Translations under genes and position numbers: made by a program
Assembly (NCBI GenBank): GCA_028023455.1
Contig: JAQFVV010000003.1
Span: 7,874,001-7,938,000 of the forward strand
Length of the DNA stretch: 64,000 bases
Direction of reading: 5' to 3'
DNA from: Epiperipatus broadwayi
Lineage: Eukaryota; Animalia; Onychophora
The notes under the pieces: generated by a model
What the model was told of the DNA's origin: nothing
Seen by the model: the letters and a program-made list of their open reading frames with translations, nothing else
The model's database searches: none
Shown here: piece by piece, positions 55,661 to 64,000 of the stretch
Layout of the letters: every line of letters begins with the position of its first letter
Numbering within the stretch: the first letter of the stretch is position 1

Positions 55661-56729
55661 TGCTTGAGGCTATTTTGTCTTTAACTTGGACTTTATTATT
55701 TTAAATATCTCTTTTCTACAATATTAAGAAATTATGACAATAACAAATATTACTAATATTTACAACTAAAATTTAGTCTTTATCTCATTCTTTATTCATT
55801 TTATCTTACTGTTAATATTAGAATAGGAATTGGTCATCATGGACTTATCATAAAAATTTACTTTCTGCACTAATTGTCATGAAAGAATTTTGTGTTTGTG
55901 AGATATTTCCATTCTTCAAATACACATATAGCAATTCTGATTTCAATCTTTTTATTCTTTTTCTATTTTATTTTTTAGAATATCCATATTTGTTTACAAT
56001 TGCTAAATGATGATAGCATACAAAACTAATCACCTGCCTAAATAGATCATTTTTTTCCAAAATCTTTCTCTTGGCTGTTTATCTTTTCAAAATCATGTGA
56101 GCTATTTTTTTCTTTTATCTCTTTCCTTTTAAATATAATAAATCTTTTTATCTTTAATTTTACATATATATTTTATGAATTTTCTTCAGCATTTTGAATC
56201 TTGATAATGTCTGTTATTCAATTTCAAAGTCAAAATATATAATTTAATTAATGGTCAATAGATGATATTGCAGGTGATGCTTGCCATCTATATTTCTTTT
56301 CATATGAATAACTTAGTTAGAATTCAAATTGAAGGTTGTACTTCCATTTGTAAGCAATAAAATAATTTTTCCAATAGCAAATTTTTTTTTTTATTCAGTG
56401 CAATTGCAATGTGATCCCTATCTAAATCTTCATACTTATTTAACCTTTCAAATATTTAAAAAATATGAAGCTTTTCAACCATTTGCCATCACTTATAATG
56501 CCATTAGTTTTTTCTTATTTTCCATCTCTATCACAGTAATTGATGAAGCATGATACCTCATTTATCTCAAACTAAATGCCACATGACTTTTTCATATTTA
56601 ACTTTATATAAAAGCAAGTTCTTTGTTTACTTAATATCACTAAAGTAAATAATCGGCTTAGTATTCAGAAAGGGAAACAATTTGAAATAAAGATAAAAGA
56701 GGTCTGCTGATGTGATGCACTGTGACTTC

Positions 56730-57000
56730 TCCTTATACAGAGTCAGGGATCTCTCAGCAACTATGTTCAGAGAAACCTGTTAGCCACTTTAGCTTCCCTT
56801 TTCCATTTCCCAACCTAAGTTCCCCCATATTCTGCTTCATCGCATAGACGGCAATGCCATTAACAGAAAGGAAACATGTTATTCTATATCCAGGAAATGG
56901 AATACTTGAACTTTGCATAACATTAGACAATCAGGTACTTCACAAAAGGTTATGATTATGAGAGCCATGACTCTCGAAAGTGCTCAGCCCATGGTTTAAT
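56730..57000 (+). mobile_element. PLE 3'-end fragment (family of 35640-37140)
   Basis: gccattaacagaaaggaaacatgttattctatatccaggaaatgg (AINRKETCYSISRKW) aligns with 38310-38355 and with the PLE 3' end. Confidence 0.6.
56948..56989 (+). ncRNA. Minimal type I HHR with A3-U8 core (family T, best copy)
   Basis: GGUU AUGAUUA U GAGAG CCAUGA CUCUC GAAA GUGC UC/AGCC; perfect 5-bp stem II, 4-bp stem I, stem III GUGC (GCGC in the 38.5-kb copy). Confidence 0.75.
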
Positions 57001-58598
57001 AAGATATTAAATATTAGCTTTGTGTGTATGCATTTGTAGTGATAGTATTGAATTACAGATTATTAACCAAACACGCAAAGTTTAAAATTAAGATTGTATT
57101 AAAAGTATGTAACCAATTTTTGGCTAGTTAGCTTTTACAAGGTCAGGAAATCTGATAAATTTAATCTTAGTTTGCTATCAAGTTAAAGATTTGAATATAT
57201 CAACCCTCTAAAGTTTTAAATGCAAAATAATAAACTTGAATAAATATATAGATCCAGATGAGTTTGGAAACAATATAGCATTATTCTCTTCTACCTTAAT
57301 ATAGTGCATATGAGAGTCTTTGTTACAGCAATGGTAGGAAAGAAATCAGTCAGTCCCTCAAAAGAAAACAACAATCATTTCTGTTTATATTCTCCTGGCT
57401 ATTGACTGGCAGGAAAACTTCCATTATATAATGAATCTCATACCAGATTTCAAGAAGTTTGTGGCATTACATTACAATATAAGAAGTTATATTGAAAATA
57501 TGATCTTGTGAAAAGAGACTTGAAGTTTGGTGTTGTATCATTAAAATTCTATCATTTCAAAGCAAAAAAAATATGAAGGACTAAATATTTATTTGTGGGA
57601 GATAGTACCCAAGTAACAGGTAGAGATTCAATCCAAGACTGTGAGTTTATGCCACAGCCACCATGTTAACTGCATAGGGTATAAAATAATTAAAAATATG
57701 CTATTATTGATAAAAGATTAAAAAAATTTAAAAATAAATTTTGCAATGCTGATCCTAAATAAAATTAAATCATTGTTCATAAAAATTAATGATTTCTCAC
57801 CATAAAGAAATACTAGATGTGATGTTTATGACAGTAAATGGATTGTATTTTAAGTTCTAAAACTATTTAACATTTTAACTTTTCTTACCTTCATGAAATT
57901 TTTATCAGAGTCATAATGTTGTAATTTAAACTCATTTATTATCTTTATTTATACCATACTTGTTATTAATAAAACTTTTTTCTCTTTAGATACTTCCAAG
58001 TCAATCAATATTCTGGTTGGATATTGAAACTGCTTTCTTAGTAGCCAATCTGCTTTAAGAATATTGTGATATAGTGGCTAACTCATCCAACTGACATGCC
58101 CATTGACCTAAGATCCAGATATGGATAATTTTTAAGTGGCTGGGGATTTGAAATAAACCCATGATTCATTGAGATTGATGGCCTATATTCAAAGAACTAT
58201 CAATATGATTATTAGTCAGTAAATGAATATTTATATATTCTTAATTGGAAAGGTAAATATCTCAGGTTAATCTATTGGTTAGTAAAATAAATTATGTCTT
58301 GTCCATGAAATAAAATTGAATTAAATAATAACATAGCTTTTACTTAAGGTCACAAAATTCTGAGGGCTCTAAACGTATGATTTATCTTTAGTCTACTTTA
58401 TTACAGTCTTAATTTTTAATAAATTATTATTTTGAAGCGTTATCATAAATGTTAATGAGATCTGATAACTAAAATATATTATAAAATAATGAAACCTCTT
58501 ACATCATTATAATGAATTAATTGAAATGTTACAAAACAATTAGATAATTTTTTATGTTGGAAATATTTTAATGAAATTGTAACTATTTCTCATGTTAG

Positions 58599-58813
58599 TT
58601 GCCTTTTAGATGAAACTTTGAAACAATACTCTTCTAACAAATCTTGGGCTGAAAACTTTTCAATTGAGTCATTTCGTTTTGATGGATTTGAATCCAATAG
58701 TGTGTTTTTCCACTGCAATGTTTTTTTATGTGATGCAACTTCTACAAATACTAGGTGTTCTGAAAAATGTATTCCTTCTCTCAGTTATAATACAGAAAAA
58801 AGTCGACGTCAAG
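58599..58813 (+). CDS. SRCR-ZP gene exon 6: ZP-C second half to a furin-like site
   Basis: catgttAG|T TGC...CAA G|GTAAGA; (G)CLLDETL...FSIESFRFDG...VFFHCNVFLCDA..NTRCSEKC...KSRRQ; phase 2 in, phase 1 out. The next exon was not found. Confidence 0.93.
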
Positions 58814-58872
58814 GTAAGACTACATAAAAACTATAATGAATTTAAACTATATGTAATGCCATTTCTAATGCT

Positions 58873-59087
58873 AAATCATCCATGCACTTTACTACTGTTA
58901 CACAATGCTTTATTTACTACCGTTTTTTACAGTTTCGATTTTTTAAAATTCTTTAAAATTTGAATTTAGAAGTTGAAGTTAGGAGATAAGAATTTTGAAG
59001 AAGATTGCTCGGGCAATCGAAACTGTACAAGAGGGTAGTAAATAAAGCATTGTGTAATAGTAGTAAAGTGCAGTGCATGGACGATTT
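58873..59087. repeat. Inverted repeat, ~68-bp arms, ~75-bp spacer (MITE-like or local fold-back)
   Basis: aaatcatccatgcactttactactgttacacaatgctttatttactacc...gtttcgatt (58873-58940) versus its reverse complement at 59015-59087. Confidence 0.88.
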
Positions 59088-59732
59088 GGTATTATATGGG
59101 ATACATTTGGCAATGCAATAAGAAAGAGTAGTCATTTCTAATGTAGACCAAGAAATTTAGTGAACAATGAAGATAATTAATTAGAACTGCAAGAAGGTAT
59201 AGACTTTATTTACTAACGTATCATTAAGAATCATTTAATTATTAAAATATCAAAAAAAGCTATCAAATAAATATTAAAAATCTAAAAGAGAAATAGTGAT
59301 TCTTAACGATATTTAGTTATAATTATCTCCATTATTCTCAAAATTTCTTGATAAACAATGGTAACTTAATTTTTTATGTATTCTCTCTTATATATTTATA
59401 CATATATAACTTATACTTGTAAATATACATTATGCAAATTTATTATGTGTGTACTTTAATGAACACATGCATATTACTCACTTTTCATTAATTATTTAAA
59501 TTAATACACTGTATAGGCTTATACACACCTGCACATATAGAATGTAATATATAAGGAAGTCGAACTCAGACTTTCACATGACCCTCAGCTCTCCATGCCA
59601 TCTCATATTGCTGACCCACCTGATCATATACATGTTGAAAAGATAAATAATCACCAATATACCTATTTTATTCTAAACCAACAATCATCAGTTGGTCCAG
59701 ATTACTATCTCCATATATATATATATCAAGTT

Positions 59733-59773
<41 letters not shown>

Positions 59774-60005
59774 ATCAGTGCTAAACATTATATTAAGATA
59801 GCCAATCTTCATACTTTAATGGCAGGCTTCAAACTACTCCAATCCACAACTCTTCAGCCATCCATTTTGAAAATTTCATCATCAGATTTTTAATAAAATG
59901 AGTGGCTGAAGAGTTGTGGGTTGGAGTAGTTTGAAGCATGTCCATTAAAGTATGAAGATTGGCTATCTTAATATAAAGCTGAGCACTGATTGTATATATA
60001 TATAT

Positions 60006-60346
60006 TGTAAGGATCACTATAGGTCTCACTGTTCTTACCATTAAATGCATTTGAACATAAATATATACATGGATGTGTTGATTTATAAAAGCTAATACAT
60101 CTATTGAACAGAGTAACTACTCAGATTATGACAGTTTGAATCCTGGGAATCTAATGGATTGACATAAAAATTGGGTGGATCCTGTATATATTACAAATGA
60201 ATGCAGGGTGAATGGTAGTAAAAATCTATTTTGGCTGTAGTTGCAGAATCTTTCCAATTTTCCATGGATGGCTGGATTTTTGTTTCAGTGTATGTAGTGG
60301 GATGGATTTAGGTAGATGGTTGAGGGTGGGTCATCGGTCTGTTACA
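60006..60346 (+). repeat. 5' LTR of Gypsy-3 (341 bp)
   Basis: Direct repeat of 63476-63818. Confidence 0.93.
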
Positions 60347-61082
60347 TTTTTGGTGCGCAACTTTTTGGGGCCTGAACAAGTATTTAGCCCATATATATAT
60401 TAAAAGGAAATCTAGTCATTAGACAAATGTGAGCAATTAGAGAATTAACATCAATGTTATAGGTTGTAAAGTAATGATATAAAAAAATTGTATATATAGT
60501 GATTAGATATGAGTATCTTAATCATGATAGTTGAATTGATTAGTAGTTAGAAGTAGATTGGGACTGAGTAAGTATACAAGTGATGGTAGTTTAACATTTT
60601 TTTTTTTGGTTGCGTTTCATTGTCTTCAGAGAACCATAAGGGGAAGCTGAGACCGCACAATGAATATCCTATTGTAAAAAATATAGCTATTTTGTAGAAG
60701 CAATAAATAGAGGAATATTCTGTCTCATAACGATTATATTGACATATCTGCCTTTATGCTATTAAGAAGTGGCCAGATCATTTTAAAGATGGATGAAAGA
60801 GTTGATGAGACACAAGTAAATCAAAAGGATAAAAATTTAGATACGGACACAAGTATAGAAGAAAGGTTGGTGTACCAACAAGCATTTAAGGAACCTGCAG
60901 AAGAAATGCATCAACATATTCAATCATTAGAGGAGAACTGAACAATGATTAAAATCCCAGAGATCCCTTACCAAAAAGCGATTCCTATGTTAGGGGATCA
61001 ATTAATGCCATCTAATGAAAGCAAATCCATCAAAGTACAAATCCTGCAGGAGATGATGCTGAAGATGACTTCTCTGGGAACA

Positions 61083-61229
61083 AATATGGCTAACATGGAA
61101 TCGAGATTCGAGTCTAGGTTAGAATCAAATATGGCTAACATGGAATCGAGATTCGAGTCTAAGTTAGAATCAAGTATGGCCAACATGGAATCGAGATTTG
61201 AATCTAAGTTAGAGTCAAATATGGCCAAT
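61083..61229 (+). repeat. 45-bp in-frame coding minisatellite (NMANMESRFESKLES x3+)
   Basis: Units start at 61083, 61128, 61173 and 61218 within ORF 60945-61253. Confidence 0.92.
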
Positions 61230-63475
61230 AGGGGAAATGAGATGTATAGATGAATTAATGATCTCAAAGGAGATTTAAATAGTAGGTTGGATAACATGGC
61301 AACAAGAGCCAATGTCAACCAAGTTGAGGTAGATTTAAAAGGGGATATATCTCAATTCCAAGAAGACATGAGGAAAGGATTAGTCGGAATTGAGGAGAAA
61401 TTGGAGGTGAGAATTCAGGAAGTCGACACCCGACTATCCAAAAGAGTAGGACAGTCACTTCAGGATGTGAGAAAAGTGCGAACTGATAATGATGAAGTAA
61501 AACACAGGGTTGAAGAAGAGAGTACTAAGTCTCAAGAGTGTGTCAATGAATTGGCTGAACATATTACTGTTCATATAGACTGAGAGATCAAACAAGTTTA
61601 CCAGACACAAGAGGTCATGAATAAAGAGGTGTGGAGGAAACAGAACACATTTAGGGAAGAATTACAAGCTGAGCTTGAGATGGTCAAAGCAAAGTTGAAC
61701 AATATTTCCGTGACTCACAATGTTGAAAACAAAGGCCGTGAAGAGACTATTGGATCTCTTACCCATTGTTTAGCTCTGTTGGGGGATAAGGTAACTTTTA
61801 TGGAAACTAATATGTTAGATGATCAAGCAAAACAAGTTAATGCGAGCATCCAATGTTCAAAACATAAAGTTTGCACTAAATACAAGGTCCATGAACATAG
61901 CATGATCCAAGAAAGGCTATTATATGCTCACAGGCTTTTCACAAAAGAAAATTGTCCCATTAGTGAAGCCAATATTGAAAGGATAAATGAAGCCGATATA
62001 CTTGTTCATCTTAAATATGTATTGTGGCACAACAAGTCTCTTCATAATCAGGAAGATGACCAAGTTGTTGAAAGTTGTCATATGATATTGGAGATAACCA
62101 TACTCTTTGCAAAGAAGCAGAAAGGTCCCAAGTTCCATAAGCTTTGCAATATGTATGAAGGTCACTTCACATTTATTGAATATGTGAATGAAAGTCCTTA
62201 AAAAGAGAAAGGCACAAATTAAGGAACAGACTTCATGATTGCGATATGGAACATAAAAATGGACTTTCTTAATGATTGAACCCTGTAAATAATGTTAAGT
62301 GAGTATATATGTATATAAAGAAAAAAATGTTAAGTTTACTTTTGACTGTTAAATCTTATAAAAATAATAAGAGGTTGGGTAAAATAGACTGAGAAAGTAA
62401 CAAATTACATAAACTGGAGTGTGAATGAATCTACTGGATTCACACCCAGTGAACTTCATTTTAATAAACTTGTACCACTTTTATTAAAAAATACAAATCC
62501 ACCATTGAACCGAACCTACATGAGGAGGAAGCCAATATTTGCTTGGCACAACAGTGACTAGCACAGCAAGCACGTTTAAGGAGTAATAAAAATAGGAGGA
62601 AAGTACATAAATTTGAAGTAGGGGATAGAGTTTTTGTGAGAGTGCATCCTACTAGTAAACCGACTGAATATAAGTATCATAAATTTTTTTCTAAATATGA
62701 TGATCCATTTGTTATTGTTAAACAAGCTAACTCTATTGCATTTTGGTTGAATATCAATGATGAAATAAAAGGGACTTACAATCCTAGAAGTCTGAAACCA
62801 TGTTTTTAGTTAGGAAGGAAACATAGAGGAAATTAGTGCAGGTTGGATATGAAAAAGGGTGGAAAGTGGATTTTAGAGTGCACTCATAATTGTCATTTAT
62901 GTGTTGTTTGAAAGAAGACAACATGGAAACTAGTGAAAATGAAAAAGGCATTTTGTGGTGAGAGTACGTCCGACTGCATAATTGAGCATGTATCAGCTAC
63001 TTTCAGAACTGACTGAGATATGAGGTTGTATCTTACTACGTATGTATATGGACACTCCATATTCCGTGCGGTTATTCTAGGGTCTTGTAACTCTGCGGAG
63101 CAGGAAAAGAGGCTGATGAGACAATTTTTCGTGCTGCCTAGATAGGAGTATGGAACCGGTCAGATTCTGTTTCACTCCATCATGATACAATTATATGATA
63201 GACAGTACTATTTAAGTAGAAATTAAATAGAGAAAGTAAAATGAATTATTGAATATGAGTGTTAAAAGGGGTCAAATCTCATCCAGATATAAAATTGTAA
63301 TTTAGCAAACCAACTGACAAGAAGAAAGAGATAGATAATTACAGATATTTTATTATATGAAAAGGAAAATAACCCTTTATGGTGATGGGACATTGAATGT
63401 AAATATTTTTTTTATTCTAGTAAATGTCAAAAGTTTAAAAGGATTAAACTTTTAACCTTTTTGGATTGGGGGAAT

Positions 63476-63818
63476 TGTAAGGATTGCTATAGATCTCATT
63501 GTTCTTACCATTAAATGCATTTGAACATAATATATACATGGATGTGTTGATTTATAAAAGCTAATACATCTATTGAACAGAGTAACTACTCATATTACAA
63601 CTGGGTTTGAATCCTGGGAATCTAATGGATTGACATGAAAATTGGGTGGATCCTGTATGTATTACCAGATGAATGCAGGGTGAATTGTAGTAAAAATCTA
63701 TTTTGGCTGTAGTTGCAGGATCTTTCCAATTTTCCATGGATGGCCGGATTTTTGTTTCAGTGTATGCAGTGGGATGGATTTAGGTAGATGGTTGAGGGTG
63801 GGTCATCGGTCTGTTACA
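63476..63818 (+). repeat. 3' LTR of Gypsy-3 (343 bp)
   Basis: Direct repeat of 60006-60346. Confidence 0.93.
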
Positions 63819-64000
63819 AAATATATATGTGTGGAGATAGTAATCTGGACCAACTGATGATTGCTGGTTTAGCATGAAATACATATATTGGTGATTATTT
63901 ATCTTTTCAACATGTGTATGATCAGGTGGATCAGCAATATGAGATGGCATGGAGAGCTGAGAGTCATGTGAATGTCTGAGTTCGAATCCCTTATATATTA

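Larger units (their letters stand above)
60006..63818 (+). mobile_element. Non-autonomous Gypsy-type LTR element (Gypsy-3): coiled-coil gag-like remnant plus two IN C-terminal fragments; no PR, RT or RNase H
   Basis: LTRs TGTAAGG...GTTACA at 60006-60346 and 63476-63818; PBS-like TGGTGCGCAAC...TGGGGC at ~60351; PPT ggattgggggaat before 63476; flanks ATAT / AAAT (imperfect TSD). IN-like YINWSVNESTGFTPSELHF and KFEVGDRVFVR...TYNPRSLKP. Confidence 0.88.
59546..64000. mobile_element. Family R fold-back locus split by Gypsy-3: antisense arm 59546-59870; sense arm 59875-60005 plus 63819-64000
   Basis: HHRs at 59654-59695 (-) and 63850-63891 (+). The sense arm resumes exactly across the LTR element. 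Confidence 0.87.

Noticed and set aside
59147-59160. Possible terminal micro-exon (DQEI-stop) of the SRCR-ZP gene
   Set aside because: Weak acceptor and no hydrophobic patch or TM segment; the real exon is more likely beyond the window.

Overview
Very AT-rich, CpG-depleted animal genomic DNA with spliceosomal introns; no prokaryotic features. One host gene is supported on the + strand: six coding exons (30916-58813) splice in frame to a secreted signal peptide + SRCR + ZP-domain (DMBT1/uromodulin-like) protein of at least 388 aa, with its 3' end unresolved. The rest is layered retroelement sequence. (1) An 11.7-kb Gypsy element (5944-17606, - strand) with ~3-kb LTRs, ATAT TSD, PPT and tRNA-Lys-like PBS, nested in an older Gypsy relic. 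(2) A 5'-truncated Gypsy pol copy (42000-45502). (3) A pol-less LTR element (60006-63818). (4) RTE and CR1/Jockey-like LINE relics and four Penelope-like element (PLE) pieces. The most notable signal is 18 near-complete minimal type I hammerhead ribozyme (HHR) motifs in four families. Two families (R, S) sit in ~420-480 bp tandem repeats resembling non-LTR retrozymes; all six of their inverted loci are head-to-head fold-backs. Two families (T, U) sit at PLE 3' ends and replace the C3-G8 core pair with A3-U8 or U3-A8. LTR-LTR differences are dominated by CpG transitions, implying the host methylates its transposons. All alignments and folds were done by eye; nothing was computed or searched.
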